From Macrostomum lignano (taxonomy: Eukaryota), in contig NIVC01003962.1 of the NCBI GenBank assembly GCA_002269645.1, positions 1 through 64,000 on the forward strand: 64,000 nt of DNA, written 5' to 3'. Positions 21,650 through 33,900 of the stretch are shown piece after piece. The notes beneath the pieces are model-generated. The model did not search any database and had not been told where the DNA came from. It saw only the letters and a program-made list of their open reading frames with translations. Within the stretch, counting starts at the first letter, position 1. Each line of letters starts with the position of its first letter. Position numbers and translations under genes: made by a program.

Positions 21650-22970
21650 TTGAACTACCAAGAGGGGGGAAATCCCCCCTCTTGGATCTCCTACTTGGAA
21701 ATCCCCCCCCAACAATTTTTTTTGCTGCATTGGAACAGAGCAACGCAGGCACACGAAATTCAAGAACATGGGCTAAATTTCTGTTATATACCTTCTCAAA
21801 CACGAATCAAGTCGCCAGTCCTCCAGACTGTCAAGATATTTGATGATTCTGCCAGAAGGTTGGATTTTTCCCATAAGTGCTAGTATATTCAGTACATGAA
21901 TACACCCCTGTGCACCATTTAGCACTATGCCTTAGTGCAGCCAAGTCTCTAAATTTCATCAGCACGTCAACCACATGTGTCTGCATCAGTTCTGACTTTG
22001 TTGGTCATTAGCCTTCACCCAGGTGAAGCTTCTGGACCCTCAACAGGTGGCACCAGGTGACTATAGACATCCTGATGCAGATTTCTCTAGTTTTGCCGAT
22101 CAAGCCCCAACAGTGGGCAAGAATCAACTGCCAGACATTCTCAGCTAGTCTCTCAAGCATTCTGTCATCATCCCAATGCCATCAGCTCCTTCAACAGATT
22201 ACACTAGGTGACTATGGACAGCCTGATAAGAATTTTTCTAGTTTCGCTGATCAAGCCTCGACAGTCGGCAAAAATCAAAAAACAATTGCTAGACATCCTC
22301 AGCTAGTCAGTCAAGCATTTAGCCATCATCCCAATGCCGTCAACACCTTCAACAGATTATACCAAGTGACTATGGACATTCTATTAGAACTATATCAGGT
22401 TTTTCTTATCAAGCTTCAATAATGGGCAAACCTCAACTGTCAGACATTCTCAGCTAGTCTCTCGAGTCATCACCTCAACACCGTCAGCACCTTCAACAGA
22501 TTACACCAGGTGACTATGGACACCTAAGCATGATTTTTCATCATGCTCTTAACATTTGTGAAGCTCTCAAAATTTTTAGCATGGGCATTGCGCCATTGCT
22601 ATAGTTAAGCTTGAACTCATGTTGCTATATATTTATATTATTATTACACATACTTTATACATACAAGCTACATACATATTTTATTTGACAAGCTGTTTAG
22701 TTTATTCAACTATAATATTGAACCCAATTTTTATGCAGAAGGGTTGTTTTTAAAAAATGAAAAAACCATTTGAATTTACTGGCACACAAATGACCTTGAA
22801 TATATCAATGGTCCAAAAGGCTGGCAACTTGATTCTTGTTTGAGAAGGTGTGCAACAAAAAGTTAGCCCATGTTCTTAAATTTTGTGTGCCTGCGTTGCC
22901 CCATTCTGGCATAGCAAAAAAATTGTTAGGGAGAGAGAATTTTTCCCCTCCTCTTAGTAGTTCTACTGTT
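21650..22970. mobile_element. About 1.3-kb foldback-like segment: diverged ~170-200 bp inverted repeats enclosing a ~150-bp tandem repeat
   Basis: 21650-21850 is the reverse complement of about 22780-22970 (shared caacgcaggcacac.aaatt.aagaacatgggctaa and ccttctcaaaca.gaatcaag). Internal repeat anchors at about 22038, 22189, 22347 and 22491. Confidence 0.65.
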
Positions 22971-23679
22971 AATATACTACTTATATTAAAAACCTTGTTA
23001 AAATTAAAAACTATTAAAAACTAGGCCTATATATACCTTGGAAAAATGACACCATTTTTGGTATATACTCTGGTTTTTTAGGCCATACAATAGCCACTGG
23101 CTATCCAAAAAGCCATTGGCAACTGGATTTGTGGCATCAGAGGCCAATCTGGCAAGCAACTTGAACCAAGGCAGTTGCCAATGATAAAACAGTCTGTCAC
23201 ATTTCATTACTGCTAAGATTGGCTTGGCTAAAAACCTGAAGCCTGAGCTGATTTGAGCATATTATTTTTTTGTCAATTCGTGAAAATTGTTGCAAAAACA
23301 ACTTTATAAAGTGGGACACTGAAATAGGTCAGTTGCCAATTGGCAACTAAGGATGGCAATTGGCAACTAGATTTTGAGCTCCAGTTGCCAAGCAACTGGA
23401 TTTCAGATGAAAAAACCCAGTATATACTAATGTATGCCAAATATACTATTTTATGCAAAGCTTCATATAATTACTTTTGAAATGTTACTACTATACTAGT
23501 GATTTTGATATTGAATTTCATTAGATAAAGTAAAAAAACTTAAAATAATAATTATATTTGTATAGCTTTTTGTACATATAAAAACAAAAATTAAATTTGT
23601 GACTTTTGGCTAAAATTATAAATTGTTACCTTATAAAAACATGGAAAGCAACACTGCAGAAAATAGTTATCAGACTTCC

Positions 23680-23830
23680 AATATACTAAAAATGAGTTGT
23701 CTGTATGTATGTATGTGGGTAGGTATGCGATAGATTTCAGAAAAATTGGCTCAACCGATTTTCTTCAAACTTGCACCATTCAATCAGAAATTTTCCTGGG
23801 ACGGTACATGCATCTTGGCTAATAAATTGC
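23680..23830 (+). mobile_element. Fragment resembling the 5' part of non-autonomous Helitron-like (Lep1/DINE-1-type) elements
   Basis: atatactaaaa...tgtctgtatgtatgtatg microsatellite followed by accgattttcttcaaacttgcaccatt...ttcctg. This is a resemblance from memory only; no 3' hairpin-CTAG end was found. Confidence 0.35.
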
Positions 23831-24292
23831 TCAATGTTAAAGGGATTAAATATTCGAAAAACATGCTTTTTTGCAAAGGTCAAGCAGCTCTTTTGACCTG
23901 AAATGCATTGTAAGAATGCTAGAGAAAAAACTGACTGACTGAATTCCGATTATGATAAAGATTGCATCGCAACAAGTTGAAAACAGTGCCGAAGAAATGC
24001 ACACACGACATGATTTAAATTGCGTAACCATATTGCTAACTTGAAGTGAGACTGATACTGGCTGACTGAGAAATTGATTATGTCATAACTTTTTACTCCA
24101 ATTGACTTGCTGTAAGAATTGAATTATAAGGGCCACAATTCATGTTCTCCAGTTGAAAAGAGATAGCCCTGATGCGAACAGACTGGAATGCTAATGTAGC
24201 AACCTGGGTTCGAATCTTAGTAGCACAAAATAATTTTTTTATTAAAATACCTTAAAAACAAAAAAACTGCTAAACATAAAAGAAGCGCAATA

Positions 24293-25010
24293 GAAGAGCC
24301 ACCATGTCAAACCTAAAGGAGCCACCATGTCGAACATTAAAGAACCACCATGTCGAACATAAAAGAGCCACCATGTCGAACATTAAAAAGCCACCATGTC
24401 AAACATAAAAGAGCCAACATGAAGAACATTAAAGAGCCACAATGTTAAACATTAAAGAGCCACCATTTCAAACCTAAAGGAGCCACCATGTCGAACATAA
24501 AAGAGCCACCATATCGAACATAAAAGAGTCACCATGTCAAACATAAAACAGCCACCATTTCAAAAATTAAAGAGCCACCATGTCAAACATTAAAGAGCCA
24601 CTATGTCGAACATAAAAGAGCCACCATATCAAACATAAAAGAGTTACCATGTCAAACATTAAAGAGCCACCATGTCGAACATTAAAGAGCCACCATGTCA
24701 AACATAAAACAGACACCATTAAGAACATTAAAGAGTCACCATGTCAAACATTAAAGAGCCACCATGTCAAACATTAAAGAGCCACCGTTTCAAACCTAAA
24801 AGAGCCACCATGTCGAACATTAAAAAGCCACCATGTCGAACATAAAAGAGCCACCATGTCAAACCTAAAAAAAGCCACCATGTCAAACATAGAAGAGCCA
24901 CCATGTCAAACCTAAAGGAGCTACCATGTCAAACATACAAGAGCCACCATGTCAAACATAGAAGAGCCACTATGTCAAACATAAAAGAGCCACTATGTCA
25001 AACATTCAAG
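24293..25010. repeat. 23-bp minisatellite atgtcgaacataaaagagccacc, about 31 copies
   Basis: The ATG anchors at 24304 and 24327 give the 23-bp period. Confidence 0.95.
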
Positions 25011-25112
25011 ATATACAATTTCAAATGTAAAGGTATAAAGCGCCATGCCAATTTAAAGGAGCCACTATAAAGCTAAGGAAATTGTCGCACTAGCTACTTA
25101 TTGTCTGGTGGA

Positions 25113-26058
25113 TGGTTGCTATTTGGGGATGCTATCTATCTGGGGGATGCTTGCTATTTGGAGGATGCTTGCTTTCTGGGGGATGCTTGCTATCTGGGCG
25201 ATGCTTGCAATTTGGGGGATGCTTGCTATCTGGTGGATGCTTGCTATCTGAGGGATGCTTGCTATCTGAGGGATGCTTGCTATCTGAGTGATGCTTGCTA
25301 TCTGGGGGATGCTTGCTATCTGAGGGATGCTTGCTATCTGAGGGATGCTTGCTATTTGGGGTATGCTTGCTATCTGAGGGATGCTTGCTATCTTAGGGAT
25401 GCTTGCTATCTGGGGAATGCTTGCTATCTGGGTAATGTTTGCTATCTGGAGGATGCTTGCTATCTGGGGGATGCTTGCTATCTGAGGGATGCTTGCTATC
25501 TGAGTGATGCTTGCTATCTGGGGGATGCTTGCTATCTGAGGGATGCTTGCTATCTGAGTGATGCTTGCTATTTGGGGTATGCTTGCTATCTGAGGGATGC
25601 TTGCTATCTTAGGGATGCTTGCTATCTGGGGAATGCTTGCTATCTGGGGAATGCTTGCTATCTGGGTGATGTTTGCTATCTGGGGGGTGCTTGCTATCTG
25701 GGGAATGCTTGCTATCTGGAGGATGCTTGCTATCTGGGGGAATGCTTGCTATCTGGGGAATGCTTGCTATCTGGGGGAATGCTTGCTATCTGGAGGATGC
25801 TTGCTATCTGAGGGATGCTTGCTATCTGGGGAATGCTTGCTATCTGGGGAATGTTTGCTATCTGGGGAATGCTTGCTATCTGGGGAATGTTTGCTATCTG
25901 GGGAATGCTTGCTATCTGGGGGATGCTTGCTATTTGAGGGATGCTTGCTATCTGGGGAATGCTTGCTATCTGGGGGAATGCTTGCTATCTGGAGGATGTT
26001 TGCTATCTGGGGGAATGCTTGCTATCTGGAGGATGCTTGCTATCTGGGGGATGCTTGT
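25113..26058. repeat. 18-19-bp minisatellite gatgcttgctatctgggg
   Basis: About 50 copies; source of the DACYLG and MLAIWG pseudo-ORFs. Confidence 0.96.
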
Positions 26059-26597
26059 GGTCTTGGGAAGATTTCTTATTGCAATTCACTTCATTTGAGC
26101 AGTTTGTCTGTTGTCTTTGTGAAGGATTTTTTTGGCTGTCTTTTTGTTACTTGTAGAGAACACAGATTCTATCAAGATGTCCCCCATCAGGGGGCGAAGA
26201 TTGCTAGTTATTGACTATAATTCTCTGGTGTAACTCCAAGCATGAAATGGACTTTGGCTAATAGGGGCCTGAGAAAAATGCAATATAACTAGGGCATAGG
26301 CCTAAAAATATTAAAATTTATAACACAAAAGATTTTTTAGGTCTAAAATTCTATAAATAGAAAAATATTATTAAAAAGAATAAAGAAATTTCTAAAAATC
26401 TTAAAAATCTAACTGTCATTCCTAGCAATAGCAATCTATCTTAATATCTTTTTAAAAATAAAAATGGGAATTTACAGTGTAAATTACACTAGCCCATTTA
26501 GACTTTTGGTGGATAAGGGGAAACTAAGCAGTAAAAATATATTTTAAATTTAGCATAATACAATGATAATGTATTATATTATGCAATGAAAACACTA

Positions 26598-26854
26598 CCA
26601 TTGCCAAGCTTATTTGGATTAATTCGGTTTCACTGCATTTATATTTGACTGTCTGTGGCTTCTGTGGCAGCACCTCAAAAAGGAAACAAAAAGTTTGCAC
26701 TATTGCATCTTTTTCAAGTGAATAATAAAAGCATTACATGTTGCCCATGCGTAGCACAATTTATGTGAACAATGTGATAAAAATTGTTATCAAGTGATAG
26801 CAATGTACATACCATGCAAGGAAACCGAATTAATCCAAATAAGCTTGGTAATGG
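26598..26854. mobile_element. Tc1/mariner-type (Stowaway-like) MITE, 257 bp
   Basis: 34-bp TIR ccattgccaagcttatttggattaattcggtttc with one mismatch to the other end; TA dinucleotide on both sides (26596-97, 26855-56). Confidence 0.85.
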
Positions 26855-27904
26855 TATGTACATTGTATGTTATGTTATGCAATGGTTATGTAATTCTGAG
26901 CTTTTAAGCTCGTATCATGAGAGTTGCAAAGCCATAAAAAGATAACCTTGGAGCTCCAACACTCCGAGAGATAAAACTCAATGGCCCCAATAATTTGGAA
27001 ATTTTATAAATGACTAGGCCTCTTTAATGTATTTATTCGTCTGCTTAGCAAAGATTAAGTTACACATTTTGTTAAGTAAGAAGTCGGTTTCGTAGATAAG
27101 TATTTTTTTAAAAAAGCAACTACAATAACAAAAATAAAACATTTAGTATTTTATGTGACCCTAAAAGTATAAAAAAAGTTTTAAAATTAGCAAACTTATA
27201 ACTAAAAAAATTTTCTGTCTTTCTTTAACATATTTTTAAGTGGAAATCATCACAGCGATAAATCATTTTTTCTAAGACATCAATCATCATCCAGTCGTTA
27301 ATCTAATATCACGACCGACGACGGTTTTCTACTTTTCTAGTGATGATTTGCTTTTGCTAGTGTAGAAAAACTTTAAATAGCCTAAATAGTCCTAAGCATT
27401 AATAGAGATCTAATTAAGATCTCAACAATAGTACGCTTTACTTTAAATTTATATTTACGAAGTACATTCAATTTTATCGCCAGCTGATTCAATAAAACTT
27501 AAAAGTAGTCGTCAAAGTTAAAACTGGCGACATTTTTAGTCTAAATAGAAACTGCAAATTTACGTAGCACCTCCATCTAATTTTCTCTTATAATAAATTG
27601 CTACTAAACAATATTCAGCTAATCAGCTCTACTACAGCTTAACATACATAGCCTAACATAGATGATTTTTCCTTCTTCAGATTGCTAATTTTCACTACAC
27701 AACACTACACAAAACACAAGTTGGACCAAACATTTTGCTTCGATTTTTAACAATTTGTATTCTTCATAAATAATATAGACAGTTCTGTTCAGTAGTAGTA
27801 TTAAAGCTAAGCATCATTGTAATTTGTATTCTGAAAGCAAAAAGTTTATAAACTTAAATTAAAACAAACTATTTCATGTGGAATGCAGTTTTGTAAAAAG
27901 AAAA

Positions 27905-30900
27905 ATGTCACTATTTGACTTTCAATCAAGAGAAGTTGTTCACGTCAAAGTAAAGGTAAGTGTCAGTTGTTAGTACTTTTATTACTTTTCATCATAAACT
28001 AAATATACTTAATATAGATAGTTACATTTCATTTCAATTCTACTAGGCAAAGTATTTCGAGCATTCCCATGGAAGTTTAATAGGATATAAAATTTAAGCA
28101 AAGTTGCCAAGCAAACCATATATAATTCAACCTAATTTTTTTATTTAAATTTTAGTAACATAAAATGCCAAAATTAAATTAATTTGGCCTATTAATTTAG
28201 TTTAATTTAACTTTAGGATAATATATTTGTTTTATAAATTCCTAGCCTAGATAAAGCTAATATAATTATTAATATTTAGCTGTATATAAGCTTTTTGTGC
28301 ACAAGCAGAAAACAAATCATTTTATTTATAGAAATAAATAAAATGAATATATTTATTCTTCTAAATAAGAATAGAAATAGAAATCCTTATAAATGAGGAT
28401 TTTTAGTATAAGACTTTTATATTTATCAAATTTACATGGCAAAGCAATATAAATATTTGAATAATTATCTTTAATATCTGTTAGAACTCATACAGGTAGC
28501 ACTGTAAATAAGAAAACAGTGCTACTGTTTTAATAAATAATAAATAATAAATAACTGTAAATAAATATAAAACTGTAAATATTGAATAATAAATAATATC
28601 TTTCTTATCTATTTTTATTTTTTATTTAGTTCTATTTGCAATCATAAAGAGTTTATTTTCATATGTTTTTACTAGTAAAACAAGATCTCTATACTAACTT
28701 TGTTGATACAAATAAAATCAAGGTTTCAATAAAAAGCTTAGCCAAGATAGGGAGGGAGGCTAGAGACTTGTCCCTCCCCTCCCCCTAGAGAGGGGATTTT
28801 TTTACTGCCTTTACAACTGCCTTTGTATTTTGCTTCTATGGCTTATGTCAAAGATAGATTAATATTATTTGTCTCCCCATGACATGAATCCTGGCTTTGC
28901 ACCCGGTTTCAATTATAAATTAAATTAAATATAATATGTAATGATACAAAAAACAGGTATATCAAAATTTCATTAAAACCAATGCATTTATTTTAGTTGT
29001 GCAGTTCAACTGATGATGCAGTATACAAGAAATTTAGCATTGATCCTGGCATCACAACCTTTGAAGTGCTACAGCGACTTTTGGCTAGAGCATTTGATAT
29101 CAAGTGGTAAGTTAAATCTTATAGAGATCTTGTAATCCCAATGCAAGTCAGATTTGGGGATATGGGATTTGAATCCCATTGTCAGAGTTGGGATTTGAAT
29201 CCCATCTGTCAGAGTTGAGGGTGTGGGATTTGAATCCTATCTGTCAGAGTTGAGGGTGTGGGATTTGAATCCCATCTGCCAGAGTTGAGGGTGTGGGATT
29301 TGAATCCCATCTGTCAGAGTTGAGGGTGTGGGATTTGAATCCTATCTGTCAGAGTTGAGGGTGTGGGATTTGAATCCTATCTGTCAGAGTTGAGGGTGTG
29401 GGATTTGAATCCCATCTGTCAGAGTTGAGGGTGTGGGATTTGAATCCTATCTGTCAGAGTTGAGGGTGTGGGATTTGAATCCTATCTGTCAGAGTTGAGG
29501 GTGTGGGATTTGAATCCCATCTGTCAGAGTTGAGGGTGTGGGATTTGAATCCCATCTGTCAGAGTTGAGGGTGTGGGATTTGAATCCCATCTGTCAGAGT
29601 TGGGGATGTGATATCTGAATCCCATCTGTCAGAGTTGGGGATGTGGGATTTGAATCCTATCTGTCAGAGTTGAGGATGTGGGATTTGAATCCTATCTGTC
29701 AGAGTTGGGGGTGTGGGATTTGAATCCTATCTGTCAGAGTTGGGGGTGTGGGATTTGAATCCTATCTGTCAGAGTTCGGATTTGAATCCCATCTGCCAGA
29801 GTTGGGGATGTGGGATTTGAATCCTATCTGTCAGAGTTGGGGGTGTGGGATTTGAATCCTATCTGTCAGAGTTCGGATTTGAATCCTATCTGCCAGAGTT
29901 GGGGATGTGGGATTTGAATCCTATCTGCCAGAGTTGGGGATGTGGGATTTGAATCCTATCTGCCAGAGTTGGGGATGTGGGATTTGAATCCTATCTGTCA
30001 GAGTTGGGGGTGTGGGATTTGAATCCTATCTGTCAGAGTTGGGGGTGTGGGATTTGAATCCTATCTGTCAGAGTTGGGGGTGTGGGATTTGAATCCTATC
30101 TGTCAGAGTTCGGATTTGAATCCCATCTGCCAGAGTTGGGGATGTGGGATTTGAATCCTATCTGTCAGAGTTGGGATTTGAATCCCATCTGTCAGATCTG
30201 GGGATTTGGGATTTGAATCCTATCTGCCAGAGTTGGGGATTTGGGATTTGAATCCCATCTGCCAGAGTTGGGGATTTGGGATTTGAATCTCATCTGTCAG
30301 ATCTGGGGATTTGGGATTTGAATCCTATCTGCCAGAGTTGGGGATTTGGGATTTGAATCCCATCTGCCAGAGTTGGGGATTTGGGATTTGAATCTCATCT
30401 GTCAGATCTGGGGATTTGGGATTTGAATCCCATCTGCCAGAGTTGGGGATGTGGGATTTGAATCCCATCTGTCAGAGTTGGGGGTGTGGGATTTGAATCC
30501 CATCTATCAGAGTTGGGGATGTGGGATTTGAATCCCATCTGTCAGAGTTGGGGATGTGGGATTTGAATCCCATCTGTCAGAGTTGAGGATGTGGGATTTG
30601 AATCCCATCTGTCAGAGTTGGGGATGTGGGATTTGAATCCCATCTGTCAGAGTTGGGGATGTGGGATTTGAATCTCATCTGTCAGAGCTGGGATTTGAAT
30701 CCCATCTGTCAGAGTTGGGATTTGAATCCCATCTGTCAGAGTTGGGGATGTGGGATTTGAATCCCATCTGCCAGAGTTGGGGATTTGGGATTTGAATCCC
30801 ATCTGCCAGAGTTGGGGATGTGGGATTTGAATCCCATCTGTCAGAGTTGGGGATGTGGGATTTGAATCCCATCTGTCAGAGTTGGGGATGTGGGATTTGA

Positions 30901-33900
30901 ATCCCATCTGTCAGAGTTGGGGATGTGGGATTTGAATCCCATCTGTCAGAGTTGGGGATGTGGGATTTGAATCCCATCTGTCAGAGTTGGGGATGTGGGA
31001 TTTGAATCTCATCTGTCAGAGTTGGGGATGTGGGATTTGAATCTCATCTGTCAGAGTTGGGATTTGAATCCCATCTGTCAGAGTTGGGAATTGAATCCCA
31101 TCTGTCAGAGTTGAGGGTGAGATTTGAATCCCATCTGTCAGAGTTGAGGGTGTGGGATTTGAATCCCATCTGTCAGAGTTGAGGGTGAGATTTGAATCCC
31201 ATCTGTCAGAGTTGAGGGTGAGATTTGAATCCCACCTGTCAGAGTTGGGATTTGAATCCCATCTGTCAGAGTTGGGATTTGAATCCTATCTTTCAGATCG
31301 GGACATGTGGATTTAGTACATCTAACTCTGCCTTCATTTTTCACTTTCTATGCTTTGTTTAATTTTCCAGCGACTTCACCATATCCTACCTGGTGACAGA
31401 TGACATTGGAGAGAAGGTCTACCTATCTATGCTGTCTGACTGGGATCTTGATGCGGCTATACTTAGCGCTTCAGATCCCATTCTAAGGCTGAAGATAACA
31501 TTGAGGAATTTTGACAATGGTAAGGTTATAAAATTTTGTTTTTAATGAGCAAATGAATAATGTCCTTTCCTGATTTTTCATACTTTTTGTTTGCACAAGC
31601 GCTGCCTAATTTCTATTGAGGTTCCTTTATTTTTATTTACTAATTGCACAGCAACTCATGGTAAGTGACTGTGACTGATGATGGAAACCTTCAGTACAAA
31701 AATAATGATATTATGCAACTTTGATATTAATCAAAATGCTTTTCTGTTGTACGAGGCCAGAGGTGAATTTATCTACAAAGATAAATCTAGTGTTGCACAA
31801 TTACATACTTGCGTATGGCTGTTATATAGTACTCTGGTATGTAAGTAGTATGTTAAAATATGACAATTTATAATTAAAAAATTAATTTCAGGCCTAGATA
31901 GCGGAGTATTCACCTTTCACCAGTCGTACAATCAGAGCTTTGAAGACGGGCTCAATCACGAGGATGAGTCTAAAATGGCTTGTAAATAATCTCGCTATGA
32001 TATACGTATAGTAATGAGACTAATAAGAATTAATTATTTGCCGTGCACTTTAAAGGGGTGAATTTGCGTGCTTTTTTATGGAACAACTGCTACTCTCACA
32101 GCTTTGAGTTTTGACTTTTCACTTTTGCGCTATTTTTACTTTTCACCAGTTACAACAGAAATTGTTCTCGTTACAGTCGGTTGCAGCTTTAACTCAACTT
32201 TAATTGAATGCTTTAGGACATTGTAATAAAGCATTGCTTTTTTGCTGTTATATTGGCGTGTTTCTTAATTGTTGGTTTGGGTATGGCGGTGCTGCTATGT
32301 TAAGATTTTTACAAAATTAGTTATTTTGTTTATTGTTTTTTTCGGTATTATTCATATTTATCGAGAAGATAAAATTTAGTGTAGCTTATATCTATCTAAA
32401 TCATACTTTATTAAATCCGATATGTATCGAAAGTATACCTAATCGTAGCCGATATGTATTGAAAAGATACTTTAGTAAAGCCGATATAAATTATAGGATA
32501 TTTTTGCTAAGCTAAAATGTATCGAAAGTGTACTTTAGCGTAGTCGATATGTATATAGAAGGGATACTTTAAAGTAGCCGATATGTATCCAAAGGATACT
32601 TAAGCGTAGCCGATATGCATCGAAAGGTGATGGTTTATCCGAACCGATATGTATCGAAAAAATCATTAACAATTTGAAAAATCGACAGGCATGGACAAAG
32701 ACTGGGATATCATATCCCGAGGCGAGCTGCCGCTTCAGTCCCAAGCCGGTCTGTTGGCTCTTCAGCGACAACAACAGAAAGAGCAGCAGCAACAGCAACA
32801 GCAGCAAAATCACCAAGTGGCCTTATCGAATAGTTCCAGCGTTGTTGCCAATGGCAACAGCAGCGTCAGCCAGCAGCCGCCGCAGCAGCAGTCGTCAAGT
32901 TCAGGCGGCAGCGGGCCCAGTCAGTTCTTCTCTCAGTTGGGCAGCCACGTCGGCAAGTCGATGATCACGCAGATGCAGAAAGCGGTTGGCGGCTGGAAGC
33001 TTTTGCCCGAGCTGAATTTGCCCAGCAGCAGCTCGTCCGGTCCGGCGCTTCCGTTCGCTCGTCAGGACGCGATGTCGGCTCCGCCAAGGCCGCCTGTGTC
33101 TGACAGGGAGTTCCAATCGCATCTGGACTCGGCTGGGCGGGTGCGCGACTTCTGGGCGTTGAAGCAGGCCGTGTTTCTGGGAGGCCTGGATCCTTCGCTG
33201 AGAAAGGTCGGAGAACGGCAATCTAAGTTGTTAATTTAAACAAATAATTTTTTTTAAAAATTGACAGCAGTTTCTTTTTTTGACTGCACTATAATAGTTT
33301 TTTCAGATTTTTGGTGCTAATTAAAACTTTATTTATTTTGGCGCCATTTTAAATTTCTTTTTTGGCACCAATTTAAATTTCTCGGTTTTGGAACCATTTT
33401 TCCAATTATTTGATTTTGACACCAGTTCCAACATCTTGATTTGGTGCCAATTCAATCTTTTAGTTTCAAATTTACCAATTCGAATTTTAGGTTTTAGCCC
33501 CAATTTAAATGTATCGATTTTGGCACCAATTCAAATTTCTAAGTTTTAGCGCCAATTTAAACTACTAGATTTTGGTGCCAATTCAAATTTGACTCAAATT
33601 ATTTTTGCGTTATTTTCAGATTAAATGAGAAAACTTTAGAAGCATCCATAAAACACAATCAATTTAATTCTTGGCTACAGGTTGCTTGGCGCCTTCTGCT
33701 TCCGGTGTTCCCCAAGGGCAGCACCGGTCAGGAGCGCATTGCCTTCATGAAGCGCTCAGCTCAGCGCTACTTCGAAATGAAGCGCTGCTGGAAGGAGACT
33801 TACGCAGCGGGTCAGATGAGTCAGGCGCATCTGGCTCTGATCACAGCTATTAGCAAGGATGTTATTAGAACTGATCGAGGTGCGTTCGTGCTCCATTCTT

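Noticed and set aside
23050-23445. Possible MITE with gtatatact..ggtttttt inverted ends
   Set aside because: The inverted match is short and degenerate, with no TSD.
24164-24226. Further tRNA-like segment (gggttcgaatc B box)
   Set aside because: The A box is weak and there is no cloverleaf; too degraded to call.
25101-26214. DACYLG and MLAIWG repeat ORFs that look like Cys-rich or membrane repeats
   Set aside because: They are 18-19-bp minisatellite translations that drift between frames.
29150-31300. CRISPR-like appearance (35-bp palindromic repeat)
   Set aside because: Units are directly adjacent with no unique spacers, there are no cas genes, and the array is in a eukaryotic intron. The same holds for all other arrays.
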